Positions 36,571-49,759 of a stretch of DNA of 64,000 bases are shown one piece after another (within the stretch, counting starts at the first letter, position 1; the number at the start of each line of letters is the position of its first letter). The notes beneath the pieces are model-generated. The model was not told the DNA's origin, did not search any database, and saw only the letters and a list, made by a program, of their open reading frames with translations. Source of the stretch: Octopus sinensis. Its lineage: Eukaryota. The stretch lies in contig NC_042997.1 of assembly GCF_006345805.1 (NCBI RefSeq), forward strand, positions 41,168,001 to 41,232,000, read 5' to 3'. The position numbers and the translations under genes were made by a program.

Positions 36571-36754
36571 TTATAATAATAATAATAATATAAAGAGATG
36601 CTCATTGAAATTGGAAAATGTGGTATATCAATGTGATTATGAAGCCAGCGATTGTAAGAAGATTTGGACTGATCAAAAAAGAAACTGAAAATTATGTTAC
36701 GTACTGAGTAGAAAATTGTTGATGTGAGAACGATAACCACCATCACCACCACCA

Positions 36755-39240
36755 TCATCATCATCATCATTTAACATCTGCTTTCTATGCTGGCATGAGT
36801 TGAATGCTTTGACTGAAAACTTGGTAAGCTGGGTGAGATGGTGGGGGAGGCACACCAGGCTCCAGTCTGATCTGGCTTGGTTCCTACAGCTGAATGCCCT
36901 TCCTAACATTAACCACTTCAAGAGTGTTGCGAGTGCTTTTTACGTGCCACTGGCATGGATGCCATTGACCTCACACCAGCATCAGCCATGACTACCGTCT
37001 CACTTGGCTTGACAAATCAACACAAGTATGGTACATCGCCAAGGGTCTTGGTTACCTGTCACTGCCTCCACGAGGCCAAACACTCGAACAGTACTTTTGA
37101 CATGCCGTCAGGATGGGTGCCAGTCAGACAGCACTAGCATCGGCCATGACATTACTCGTTTCAACAGGTCTTCATGAGTACAGCATATCATCCAAAGATT
37201 GAAGGGTGCTTTTAATGGGCCACTTATGCGACACAGGCATCAGCCACAAGTATGATCTCACTTGGCTTTTTTTTTCTTTAGAGGTTTCTTAAGCACTGTC
37301 TTGGTCGCTTGTCATTGCCTCTGTGGGGCCCAACATTCAAAGAGCGTACTTCACCACCTCATTCTATGTCTTCCTAGGTCTAACCTTCCACCACTAGATT
37401 GCAACACTTGTTCACACATCTGTCCTCATCCATACGCATCACACGGCCATACAAGCACAGTCGTGTCTCTTGCGCACCACATCTGATGCTTCTTATATCC
37501 AACTTTTCTCTCAGGATGCTGACACTTTGTCATACATGCACACTAACATTACACATCCAGTGAAGCATACTAGCTTCATTTCTTTCAAGCCTATGCAAGT
37601 CCTCAGCACTCACAGTCCATGTTTCACTGCCGTGTACTATAGCTGTTTGTATACAGGCATCATACAGTCTGCCTTTCACTCTGAGTGAGAGGACCTTTGT
37701 TACCAGTAAAGGAAGGAGCACTCTGAACTTTGCCCAGCCTATTCGTACTCTTGCAGCTATCGTCTCAGAGCATCCAGCTCTGCAACTGACTTGGTCACCT
37801 AGGTAATGGAAGCTATTGACTACTTCCAGTTTTCTCCACTGGCATGTGATGGAATCTATTTCCTGTTCATGTTTGGTGCTAATTGTACCTGTCCACTTTC
37901 CACACACAAAACCTATCTTCCCAGTTAACCTTCCTCTGCTGAACCATTTATGTTTCCAAAACTTACACCAAGTGCATTTTACAGAGTTACTACCTACACC
38001 TTTTCTATAGATTGAGCAGGGTCATCTACCTGAAGAGATTTGTGATTTATCTACCTTCCTAGTTACTAAGATTTTGGTTTTTTCCAGGTTAACTCTAAGG
38101 CCCTTCAATTCTAGACCGTGCTTCCATACCTGGAACGTCTTCTCTAGTTCTGGTAGTGACTCAGCTATAAGAGCAAGGTCATCAGCATAGAGGAGCTCCC
38201 AGGAGCAGCCTGTCTTGAATTCCTCTGTTATTGCCTGGAAGTCTATAATGAACAAGAAGAGGCTGAGGACTGATTCTTGGTGAATCCCTACTTGTACCCT
38301 GAATTCTTTGCTATACTTGTTGCCGACCCTCACCTTACTGACAACATCTTTGTACATGGCTTGTACAACTTTCACTAACAACTCGCCTATCCCTAGTTTC
38401 TGCATTAACCCCAGATAAGGAATTGGAGGACCCTGTCAAAAGCTTTCTCCATGCCAACAAAAGCCGAGTACAGAGGTTTATCTTTGGCTGGGAGATTCTC
38501 CTGCAGTTATCTTACCAGAAATATAGCATCAGTGGTGCTTCCTCCCTGGCACAAACCCAAACTGCACTTCATCTAAACTAATTCCCTCCCTAATTAGTTG
38601 GGCTATGACCCTCTCCGTGGCTTTCATCACCTGATCCAACAATTTGATACCTCTGTAATTATTCGTATCTAATGCATCACCTTTACCTTTGTGGCAGTTG
38701 ACTTGGTACTGCTACGTCAGTCATTGAGTATGACTTCTTCATGTACCACCTCATTGACTATAGGGGTGTCTAGACCATAGCCTACACAGCCAGATATTTT
38801 AAGTATCTCAAGAATTATTCCTGATGGGCAGGGGGCTTTCCCTGTCTTCAGATCCTTAATTGCTTTATCTACCAAGGTACTGTCAATTTGGATAGCTGAT
38901 CCTTCAGTCTGGTCGACATTTGGCAGACTCTCTTTCTCCCATTCATTCTCTTCTTTTAGCAACCTTTCATAGTGGTATCTTTTTCTTTGCAGAATCATTA
39001 AAAGCATGTGCACCATCACCCATGCAGACACATTTCTCTCCTATGACATCATGATTCTCTCTCACACACTATCTTGCAATTCAAAACACTTCAAGTCTCT
39101 GATCCTCCAAATGCAGAATGTTTGTAAATCTATTCTTTTCTACTTCCCCTCTGGCTATGTAAACTTGTCTCCAAGCTTCCCTTCTGGCAATCTGATACAA
39201 TTCCCTGCTACCACTACAATTCCAATCCTTCCAGACCTGT
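36755..39240 (-). mobile_element. RTE LINE, longest copy, degenerate RT
   Basis: KAPCPSGI, WELLYADDLAL, FHYLGD, RIGWAKFR and LHRLERNEASMLHWMC. Confidence 0.88.
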
Positions 39241-39699
39241 AAATTACATTGTTCCATTACTATGTTACCTTAGGTCAACTTGGGACTTTGTACCAACCAC
39301 AGATCTGGTCAGTAACCCTCAACAGGTTATCCTGTAGGAACCTCCAGTTGTCTTCCACGTTATGTGATGCTATAATCTCCTCTATTTCATCTGTCTACTT
39401 ACAGAATCCTTAAGCTCCAGACCATTCCTTGCCATCTTCTGGCCAGCCATTTAGCCCTGATCCTGAACACACTAACCACTAACCTATTTTGTGGGGTGAT
39501 TTTCTTCACCTGGGAAAATTTTGGCATTTATGAGCAGCCATCTTTCCTGTTTCCTAGAGAGAATGTTGTCAATCTGACTAGTGTGCCCACCAGTCTGATA
39601 GGTGAACAGGGGACTGGCAGGTTTCCTGAAGTTTGAATTACAAATTTTGCTTTCTACAAAAATTCATTTGATTTTGTAAATGAACAAGCTGGTGTCATC

Positions 39700-40870
39700 A
39701 TCATCATCATCATCATTGTCATTTAACATCTGCTTTCCATGATGGCATGGGTTGGATGGTTTGAATGAGGACTGGTGAGCTAGAGGCTGCACCAGGCTCA
39801 ATCTGGTCTGGCAAAGTTTCTATAGCTGGATGCCCTTCCTAATGCCAACCACTCCGAGAGTATAGTTGGTGGTTTTTTATGTGCCACCGGCACGAAGGTC
39901 AGTTAGGTGGTTCTGGCAACAACCATGCTCATGCTCAAAAGGTGTTTTTATGTGCTACCTGCATGGGAACCAGTCCAGCAGCACTGAGAATGGCCACGCT
40001 CAAATGTTGGTTTTCATGTGCTACCAGCACATGTGCCGTTAAGGCGATACTGGCAATGATCATGCTTGAATGGTGCTTTTCACTGGCATGGGAGCCAATC
40101 TGTGGCCCTGGCAACGATCACGCTCAGATGTGCTTTCAATGTTCCACTGGCACAAGTGCCAATCAGTTGGTACTGTCCTCAGCCACGTCAGTGATTTTGG
40201 TTTGTTTACACTTGCCTCAATAGGTCTTCACAAGCAAAGTTCATTGTCCAAGGAATGAGGGGTACTCATGAGTGGCCCAGTTACATCCCACATTCGGATG
40301 TGCTTTTAACATTCCACTGGCATGAGTGCCAATTAGGTGGTACTGTCGTTGGACATGTCAGCAATTTTGATTTTGATTTCACTCACCTCAATAGGTCTTC
40401 ACAAGCAAGGTTTATTGTCCAATGAATGAGGGGTATTCATAAATGGGCTGGTTACACCCACTGGCATAGGCCATGGGGTATGGTATGGTCTCACTTGGCT
40501 TGCCAGATCTTCTCAAGAACAGTATGTCTCCAAAGGTCACGGTCACTAGTCATTGCCTCAGTAAGGCCCAATGTTCGAAGGTTGTGCCTCACCAGCTCAT
40601 CCCAGGATTTCCTGAGTCTACTTCTTCCACAGGTTCCCTCAGCTGCTAGGGTGTAACACTTTTTCACACAGCTGTCCTCATTCATTTGAAACACATGACC
40701 ATACCAGCACAGTCATCTCTCTTGCTCACCAAATCTGGTGCTTCTTAAATCCATCTTTTCTCCCAGGGTGCTTACACTCTGTTGTGTATGCACACTGACA
40801 TTACACATCCAGTGGAACATACTGGTTTCATTCCTTGCAAGCTTACTCATGTCCTCTTGCTTATCTATGT
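39700..40870 (-). mobile_element. RTE LINE 3' portion
   Basis: (CAT)n tail, tandemly repetitive 3' UTR and GRSRLRKSWDELVRHNL. Confidence 0.8.
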
Positions 40871-41800
40871 ACGCAGTGAGTTTTTTTGCCCTAGGTGTCA
40901 TGAAGACACCCAACAAGAAGTAGAAACAAACTTGAAAGAAAAACAAAAAATAATAATAAATAATAGGCAGTGACATTCATGGCTTGTGGTCTTAACTGAA
41001 TGAAGTGTTATCCTGTGCATGTTTTGTCTTGATATAAAAGATGGGCAACAGCAAATATTCTGCTCAATATCACAGATTTGTTGTCAGTTGTTTGACCTTA
41101 ACCAGTTGAGCATGTCCTTAGTGGCTGACGATATGTACATCTCTGATCACGAGCAGAAGTAGTGGGGCAGCATCATGGCCATGTGTTGAGGGGAATTCTT
41201 TGGGGTTTGAATAATTCACTTTTGGAAACATGGGTGTTTCATTCAACACCCTTAAACAACCCTTATTCAGGGACCTTTTGAGCAGGATGGGCTACTCGAT
41301 CTGAAGAAAATTCTAACTGGGCCCAACCTGCAAGGTCATGTGCTGTTTATCTTGATATAAGGTCACCATGTTATGCACATACAGTTGTGATGCATGTGCC
41401 TGTTGTACCCTTATCAGATGGGCAGTCATGATGGGTATACTGGGCTTCATATATTTTACCCCAGTATCACTTTGATGGCATGCACTGCTCTTTCACTTAA
41501 TAATAGTAATAATAATAATAATACATTCATACTGAAAAACGAGATCAAGCAAGCTTTTACTCTTTTGCTCAACATGTGGTTTCTGTCCATGCTGGGAAAC
41601 CAACAATCTATGGGACCCAAAACACTGTGTTGGCATCAACTGCCCACATTCTCAGTTTTTTCCCTCCATTATGTAACTTAGGTCTCTAGTTGAAACCTGG
41701 TTGGAAATTGAAAATAAAATGCAATTCAATCAGAAAATGATGACAATAATAAATAAACAAGCGAATAAATAAAAACTCTGTAATATTGTGGATAACTTAC

Positions 41801-41991
41801 TCGAGATTCTGTTAAATTTGTATCAAATGGTATTTCCTCAGTGGTCAACAGAGAAAGGTATTCTTTTTTAACAGTTTCTATAGCATTGTCAAGATTTTGG
41901 TATTTAGCAAAGAATTTCAAGGTGACACCATCATCGTGTTGACCAGTAGAGACATTATCTTCTATTTCTTCATCTTCGTCATCTTCATCAT
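41801..41991 (-). CDS. macro-PARP exon: acidic linker + KH-like segment
   Basis: ttttatttcag / (D)DEDDEDEEIED...GVTLKFFAKYQNLDNAIETVKKEY...LTESR / gtaagt; phase 1 to 0. Confidence 0.85.
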
Positions 41992-42359
41992 CTGAAATAA
42001 AAGAAATATTCATTTTGTCAAAGAAAAATAACCAAGCAATCAGCAGAAGACTTCTTGTGTTGACACTTCAAGATTCAATATTAATTCTAGTGTTCTTTGC
42101 TTTTCTGTTTAGTGAAGAGGTGTCAATTCCTGAGATAATGAAGTTAACCTGAAAAAGACTATCATCTTATCCCTGTGGGGAGTGATATCAACTGCTCTTT
42201 AATTATTGCTATACATCACCATCTAGTACATATGTACATATTTACAATATGACTAATTCAGACCACTGCTACCATCCTGGGACTCTGCATAGTGAATGAT
42301 ATCGAGTGTTGTTAAAATTATTTCTTCTTTGTTTGTATTCAAATTTCAAATCTCTCTAA

Positions 42360-42800
42360 TTCATCATCATCATCATCATCATCGTCATCATCATCGTCAT
42401 CGTCATCATCATCGTCATTACCATCGTCATCCTTATCATCATCATTGTCATTTAAAGTCCATTGTCCATGCTTGTATAGATTGGATAGCTTGACCAGGGC
42501 AGATAAGCTGAGGGGCTGTACCAGAGTCCATTCTGATTTTTCTATAGCTGGCTGCCCTTCCTAACGCCAACCACTCTGGGAGTGTAATGGGTGCTTTTAC
42601 ATACCACTAGCATGGGTGCCATTTGCGTGACCCCAGTATCTGCCATGACTATGATTTCACTCAGCATGACATGTCTTCTTCTCAAGTATGGCATATGGTC
42701 AAGGGCCTCAGTCATTTGTCATTGCTGCATTGAGGCCCAACACTCAGAACGTGTATTTTACATGCTGACAGTAAAGGTCATGCCCTTGTCTCCTGTCTTC
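42360..42800 (-). mobile_element. RTE LINE 3' fragment
   Basis: (CAT)n tail and GCTGCCCTTCCTAACGCCAACC. Confidence 0.7.
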
Positions 42801-42819
42801 TTGGGTCTACCTCTACCAC

Positions 42820-43370
42820 AGGAGCCATGATTGCTGAAAACATGTGTAGGCTTGAAAGAGATGGGGTTAGTATGATCCGCTGGATGTATAATGTCAGTGT
42901 CCATACACAACAGAGTGTGAGCACCCTGAGAGAAAAGAAGCATCAAATGTAGTGTGCAAGAGAGGTGTCTATGTTGGCACAGTCATGTGTTACGTATGGA
43001 TGAGGACAACTGCATGAGGAAGTGCCACACCCTAACTGTGTAAGGAACCTGTAGAAGAGGTAGACCCAGGAGGGTATGAGATGAGGTGGTGAAGCATGAC
43101 CTTCAAACATTGGGCCTCACAGAGGCAATGACAGGAAACCGAGACCTTTGGAGATATGCTGTGATTGAGAAGACCTGACAACTAAAGTGAGATCACAGCC
43201 ATGGCCAATGCCAATGTTGCATGCCTGGCCCATTTAAGAGTACCTTTGATGTGTCGGGCGATATGATATGCTCAAGAAAACCTGTTGAGTCAAGTAAAAC
43301 CAAAATCATAGCTGTGGCCAGTGCCCCTTAACTGGCTCCCGTTCTGGTGGCATGTAAAATGCATCATTGG
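42820..43370 (+). mobile_element. RTE LINE 3' fragment, inverted relative to the 42360 copy
   Basis: MIRWMYNVSV-type coding end and 3' UTR start. Confidence 0.75.
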
Positions 43371-43374
43371 GTTT

Positions 43375-44085
43375 CAGTTGCACAAGTTCTCCTTGATTGT
43401 GTTGAGAACGATGAAAACTTTTTGAAAACAGTCATAACAAGTGATAACTCGTGAGTTTATGGCTATGACCTTGAAACAAAGGCTCTGTCTTTGCAGAAGA
43501 AGACCCCCAACCTCTCTGAGACCAAAGAAAGCATGACTTGAAGCTATGTGAAGACACTGTTGGCTGTTTCCTTTGACTACAAGGCGATTTGTTCATCATG
43601 AGTATGCTCCATCTGGTCAGACAGTAAACAAGGAGTACGACTGTGACATTTTGTAGCATTTGCCAGATGCTATTCATTGGAAAAGGCCACAGTTGGATGC
43701 ATCTGGTGAGTGGTAATTGCACCATGACAATGCACTTGCCCATTCAGTGCAGTTTGTGCAACAGTTTTTGGCTAGGCACAGGATTCTCCAGGTCTGGCAG
43801 CCACGGTATTCCCCAGATCTCGCCCCTTCTGACTTTTTCCTCTTACCAAAAATCATTTGAAAGGAAGGTTTCAGGATGTCAAAGAAATCAAAGTGAATGC
43901 GAGAAGGCTGCTACTGATTATCCCAGAAAACGAGTTCCAGGAATGCATCCATCACTGGAAACAGTGCTGGATTAAGTGTGTGACTTCTGAAGGGGATTAT
44001 TTCGAAGAAGATTAAATGCCAAATTGGTATGTATTGCAGTTTTGTTTTTATAGCCCCAGTCCGGATACTTATTGATCAGAACTCG
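43375..44085 (+). mobile_element. mariner transposase C-terminal half with right TIR
   Basis: ITSDN..VYGYD, HHDNA, YSPDLAPSDFFL and GDYFEED*; end reverse-complements to CGAGTTCTGATCAATAAGTATCCGG, followed by TA. Confidence 0.88.
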
Positions 44086-44315
44086 TACAATTGTATTGTA
44101 TAATACCTAACATGCATTTTAGTTCAGGCATGTACAAATAATTCATTATGCACTGAAATTATAAATACACCCCAAAAGGTTGACAAGTAATTAAATATAT
44201 ATTCACTTCTCATGCCTTCTGATTTTTTATGGTTTTTATATATATATATGTATATATATATATACTGTTGTGTCTGGGTATGTGCCTTATAATCCGAAAG
44301 CGAAATCCAAAAGCG

Positions 44316-44344
<29 letters not shown>

Positions 44345-44346
<2 letters not shown>

Positions 44347-44655
44347 CCCATGGTGGCATGTAAAAAGCACCATCTAAACGTGGCCGATGCTAGTGCCACC
44401 TTGACTGGCTCCCATGCCGGTGACACATAAAAAGCACCATCTGATCGTGGTCAATGCCAGCTCCTCAGGCCCCTGTGGTGGTAGCATGTAAAAAGCACTT
44501 ACTACACTCTCGGAGTGGTTGGTGTTAGGAAGGGCATCGAGCTGAAGAAACACTGCCAGATCAGATTGAGGCCTGGTGCTGCCTCCTGGCTTGCCAGAAC
44601 CCAGTTGAACCGTCCAACCCATGCTAGCATGGAAAACGGACGTTAAACGATGATG
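44345..44655 (+). mobile_element. RTE LINE 3' end
   Basis: GGAAGGGCATC...CCATGCTAGCATGGAAAACGGACGTTAAACGATGATGAT. Confidence 0.8.
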
Positions 44656-44676
44656 ATATATATATATATATATATA

Positions 44677-45000
44677 TGTTGGATCATCCCATAAATAATG
44701 TGATTTCTTTCATTCGCATGAACCAAAAGTTAGAGGGGTATGGGATAAACTACCTGCATCAACTTGCTATCAAAGCAGGTAGTAATTTTACCTTTTACTT
44801 ATTCTTAGTGCAAGTTTTGAAGAGTGCAGTTCGATTTTAACAGTTATTTTTTCAAAGCTATAATGACAGAGGCAAAGGAGCATATTCACCATATTTTGCT
44901 TTATGAGTTCAATAAAGGCAACAACACAATGGAAAGTGCAAGAAATATTGATGCAGTGGAAAATAATGTCAGAAGTGATGCTGTTGAGAATGATGAATGG
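44677..45000 (+). mobile_element. mariner 5' end with transposase N-terminal HTH
   Basis: TGTTGGATCATCCCATAAATAATG after (TA)n; MTEAKEHIHHILLYEFNKGNN.MESARNI. Confidence 0.8.
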
Positions 45001-45554
45001 ATGTCAAATGAAGTGGTTTCAAGAGAAGGATAACTGGTAGCACTAAGCAGGTATAAAATATGTGCAGACTTTTGTTACCAACAGAAGTAGAAGGTCTCTG
45101 AACATTCTCATGCTGGTTCTTTTTCTAGCAACTATACTTTCAGTACATCCACCTCCACTGCTAATTAATCTACCTAAAGAGCAGAAGCAATCTGCTACCT
45201 CTAGGTACACTGTATGGAATTTCTACATACACCTTTTCTATATATTGAAGCGACTACAGTCCTGTCTGTTTGCTTACTTTGGTCTTTGCTAAGTTGACTC
45301 AGAGGCCCTTTCACATTATGCAACAAACACAATAACAATTCAACATAAACAAGGAATAATATATAAACATATATGAAACACAATAATTTAAGCAAAATAT
45401 AATTTAATTCAAAGACCTGGAAAGCATTTAAGGAAAGCAACCCATGTGGAGGGAGAAATCAACTTAGCTAAGTCGAACCAGAATATCCCAACAATATTGA
45501 CTTTCTGCCACTCATTCAAACTGCTATATTCAAAGGTGCAGGACAAAAAGATAA

Positions 45555-45785
45555 GGTGGTGTTCTGGCAGAACTGTTAGCATGCTGGGTGAAATGCGTAG
45601 CCATATTTCGTCTGCCGTTACATTCTGAGTTCAAATTCAGCCGAGGTCAACTTTGCCTGTCATCCTTTCGGAGTTGATAAATTAAGTACCAGTTACGCAC
45701 TGGGGTCGATGTAATCGACTTAAACCATTTGTCTGTCCTTGTTTGTCCTCTCTGTGTTTAGCCCCTTGTGGGTAGTAAAGAAACA
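45555..45785 (+). mobile_element. tRNA-derived SINE
   Basis: Same family as 13226. Confidence 0.85.
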
Positions 45786-47262
45786 TATATTCAAAGGTGC
45801 AACTGGACAACTTTACTATTATCCCAAGGATGAAATATTCCACATCCTCTACAAAATTGCACATTAGTGGTTCATGGATAGCTCATGTGATTCTTTTGCT
45901 AGTGTTCTCTTGTATGGGTGTTGCACAAAATCAGAGCAGAGTCCATCTCCTCTTCATTCAACTTGCGGATGCTTAATTTTGTCTTCTTTTGGTGCACATG
46001 ATGGTTACATCAGTACTTCTTTTGTTTCACAAAGAACTGTGAACTTCAATTGAGTGAATCTGGGGTGTGAGGGTGGTGGTGGTGGTGGTGGATTCTCCTT
46101 ATATGTTTCTCTTGTCTGTACTGTGTCTCCTTGTCACATCTCTTCTGGAAACTTGGTGCATCCAAAGGCACCCACAAGTATTTCTAAGGTTGTATGTGAC
46201 ATGTCGTACCCCACATCATTTGGGTAATTAGTTTTAAGTTGTCACAGTTAATTATTGTAGTCTTTACGGTTAAGCGTGACATGAGGCTCAGCCTTCCAGC
46301 AGTAGAATTATTGCTTTGTGTTCTGAACTCATCATGGGTCATGGCCTTAGAATGGACTTGAGGTTTTCATGGCCCATTAGGATTTATAAATTTATACTGA
46401 CCCTTCCTGAGTAAGGTTACCTTTGCACTCTCTACTAACCCTATAAAGGTGACAACAGACGAGGGATCAAGGTCACTGTTGATGCTGTCATTGCTGTCGC
46501 TTTTGTGTCCCATTTGACAATGCAATGCATTAAGGGCCCATGAGTGAATGTTTTTTGCCCTCTTTCTACCTGCTCTCATGTCTCACCATTGGTCTTGAAG
46601 GTCAGGCAAATGGCAGCATAAGCTTTCTTCTGGTCAATGAATAAAATGTTGTTTCATACATTGGCTAATGCCTCTTTTAGTCATTGTTTTAAGGGCATGC
46701 AGAAAGCCCTTTCCTTTTTGTAAGGTAGAGGTACACTAGCTTCTACCTTGCCCACCACTCCTGAATAAGTTTTTCTCATAAGGAAACAAAATCACTTGTG
46801 ACACAATTTTTCCCATTCTCAGACCAAAACTTGTCCGTATTTAGAAGTTGTTGTTATTCTCACTATTAGCATTTTAATTGAGACCCTTTCTGTGTCCTGA
46901 CACAACCTATGCCAGATGTTAAACGATGCTGATGATTTCTTTGATTTCTTCTCAAAAATCTTTTTTTTAAACTTTATTTGCCTATTTTTTAAATATAATT
47001 TTAGAGGTGTTGTTCTTTGGATTTGTTGTTATTGTTGAGTACAAAACATGTCAAATTCAAAATGTTTAAAAACATACGAGGGTGAATCAAAAACTAATAC
47101 CATTTATTGGGCTTCATATATTTGTACCACAATGTCAATTTGATGGCATGTGCTCCTCTCTAACTCAATAATAATGATGATGATGATGCTGATGGTGATG
47201 AGAAAAACTCTCCCTAGTTTCTTCCTAAATGATATTTAATATAAGAAAAAAAAACAATTTAC

Positions 47263-47317
47263 CTGATGTTACAGCTGAGCCATCTGCTGACATTTGTTGG
47301 AAATATTCTTTAAATTT
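47263..47317 (-). CDS. macro-PARP small exon: final macro helix
   Basis: ttacttttgacag / KFKEYFQQMSADGSAVTS / G-gtaaat; 55 bp, phase 0 to 1, which bridges the two neighbouring exons exactly. Confidence 0.8.
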
Positions 47318-47769
47318 CTGTCAAAAGTAAGCAAATAATTCATTACAACTTAATGAAAAAATAATTAATTTCTGTTAATTACAATGCAATGTTTTAATTC
47401 ATTGCTTCTATCAAAAATATTGTTTTAAATTAATATTTCCATTTATTGTATCATAGAATAACTTCCTATGAGGAAGAGGCTTTTGAATATTCTGTAGTTT
47501 GGGGAGGAATTTTTACTTACAGAATAAAAGGAAATGAAATTTGCTTGTTTAAGTGACTGTAAAAAATTATTCACGGAATTCAATTTGGTATCAAGATTCC
47601 ATGTTATGCCCAAACACCAGCTTAATAATGACAAAGCTAATTTACTTTATTCTTCGTTATTTTCAAAACTAATTAAAACAAAAGAAGAATATTTGTGTTG
47701 AAATACTTTGGATTGATGTAAATTTGTAATCCTGAAATAGAAGCTGGAGATTTTGAAGCAGTTGTTCAA

Positions 47770-49660
47770 AATTATCTTCTTTTTCTTGTAGCGTGACCAA
47801 ATAACATTTAAAGTGAAAGGTTTTGGAGTGACATCTGGAGCAAAGACAAGGAGCGCAAGAAGGATGCTGAATGGCTGCAAGAACTGAAACAAACAGTAGT
47901 CTGTCCAAAATAGGCAGAACTAGTCATTTCAGTTAGGTAAATGAAAGAAATCAGCAAAAAAATTAGCAACTGGAAAGCACCGGGACCAGATGGGGTTTAA
48001 ATCTACTGGAACAAAAGTTTTGGTGAATGTCATGCCCGAATAGTTGCGCAACTCAACACTTGGTCAAATGCTGACAAAGTAATACCAGAGTGGTTGACAT
48101 TTGGTAGGACAGTGCTGTGCCTGAAAAACATTGAAAAAGGCAATACAGTAGACAATTACAGGCTGATATCCTGTTTGCCACTTATGTGGGAATTATTGAC
48201 TGGAATACTCGCAGAGTCAATGTATGAACATCTGGCAAAAAATGGAGTCCTGCCACATGAGCAGAAGGGTTGCAAGCGTAAGTGCAGAGGTACCAAGGAT
48301 CAACTCCTGATAGATAAAACTGTGCTCAGAGACTGCAAGAGGAGGAAAAGTAACTTAGCCATGTCATAAGGCATACGATATGATCCCACATTCTTGGATT
48401 ATGGAGTGTATGAACCTATTTGGTATTGCATCGAATGTTGAGCGATTGTTTGGAGAAAGTATGGCGAATTGGAGGATGGACCTGACAGCATACAGAAGAA
48501 GTTTAGGGTCAGTAGAAATTAGGAGTGGCATCTTCCAAGGGGACTGCTTGTCCCCACTGATATTTGTACTGTGCTTGATACCACTAACACTGATTCTGAG
48601 GACAGCAAAGGCTAGGTATGTATTCAAAAGCCGCCATTTGTTATTCATGGATGACCTCAAATTTTATGGTAAAGATGAAGCCAAAGTCAGTTCCCTTGAT
48701 AGGGTGTATAATTTCAGTGCTGATATCAGAATGGAGTTCAGATTGAGAAAGTGTGGTGTGTTAGTCTTGAGGTGAGGCAAAATCAAATGTATGGACGAGC
48801 TATCGATACCATCAGGGGATGTTATGAAGCAGATAGAAGAGACAGGCTATAAGTTCTTGGGTATTTTGGAAATGGATAAATTGATGGAAAAAGAAATGAC
48901 AGAAAAATTTAGGGAGGAGTACTTGCACAGTCTGAGTCTGATCCTTAAGTCGAAATTAAATGGACAGAATAAGATTGCAGCTATCAACACCTGGGCAGTT
49001 TCACTCCTTAGACATGGAGCAGGAGTAATCGCATGGACAGTAGACGAACTAAACAGCTTAGACAGAGAGACAAGGAAGTTGCTAACTAGATATGGGGCAC
49101 TCCATGCAAAAAAGTGACACAGACAGACTGTATGTAGCAAGAAAAAGAGGGGGAAGAGGACTTATTGGATGCGAGCATAGCATTAGAGCAGAAGTAAACA
49201 ACATAGCATGGTATGTAAACAATGCTATGGAACTGCTATTATTAGAAGTAAGAAGGTCAGGCTTGTGTAGGATGAAAGATTGCAAAGATAAAGCACTATA
49301 CAAGAAATTGAAAATGAATGAAATTGAAAATAAGTGGGTTAAAAAATAAAATGCATGGTCAATTTCATAGGGATGTTGAAGATAAGACAGACAGAGAAAA
49401 ATGATGGCTGTGGATGACTAAAAGTGATTTAAAACCAAAAACGGAGACACTAATCTGTGCTGCCCAAGAGCAAGCACAAAGAACAAACTACATAAAATAC
49501 AGAATACACAACACAGCAAAAAGTGATAAGTGCAGAATCTGTGGACAAAACGGTGAAACCGTATGGCATATTACCAGCCAATGTACACCACTAGCCCAGA
49601 AGAAATATATGAGACACCATGACAATATAGCCAGGCTTGTCCATTGGACACTTTGCAACA
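47770..49660 (+). mobile_element. R4/Dong-like LINE RT-to-CCHC region, degenerate
   Basis: [51 protein letters not shown] and CRICGQNGETVWHITSQC. Confidence 0.88.
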
Positions 49661-49759
49661 AGTATGGATTTCGTAGTAAAGATTGTTTGCCAACATAATA
49701 TGGCAGTCCTGGTTTAGGACTAATGTTACTGTAATTTAGTGCCAGGAGATATTGTCTCC

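Noticed and set aside
42068-42148. Good acceptor (tttttcag) followed by a 26-codon open frame on the minus strand
   Set aside because: The upstream exon ends in phase 1, which gives an immediate TAA; there is no donor and no homology.
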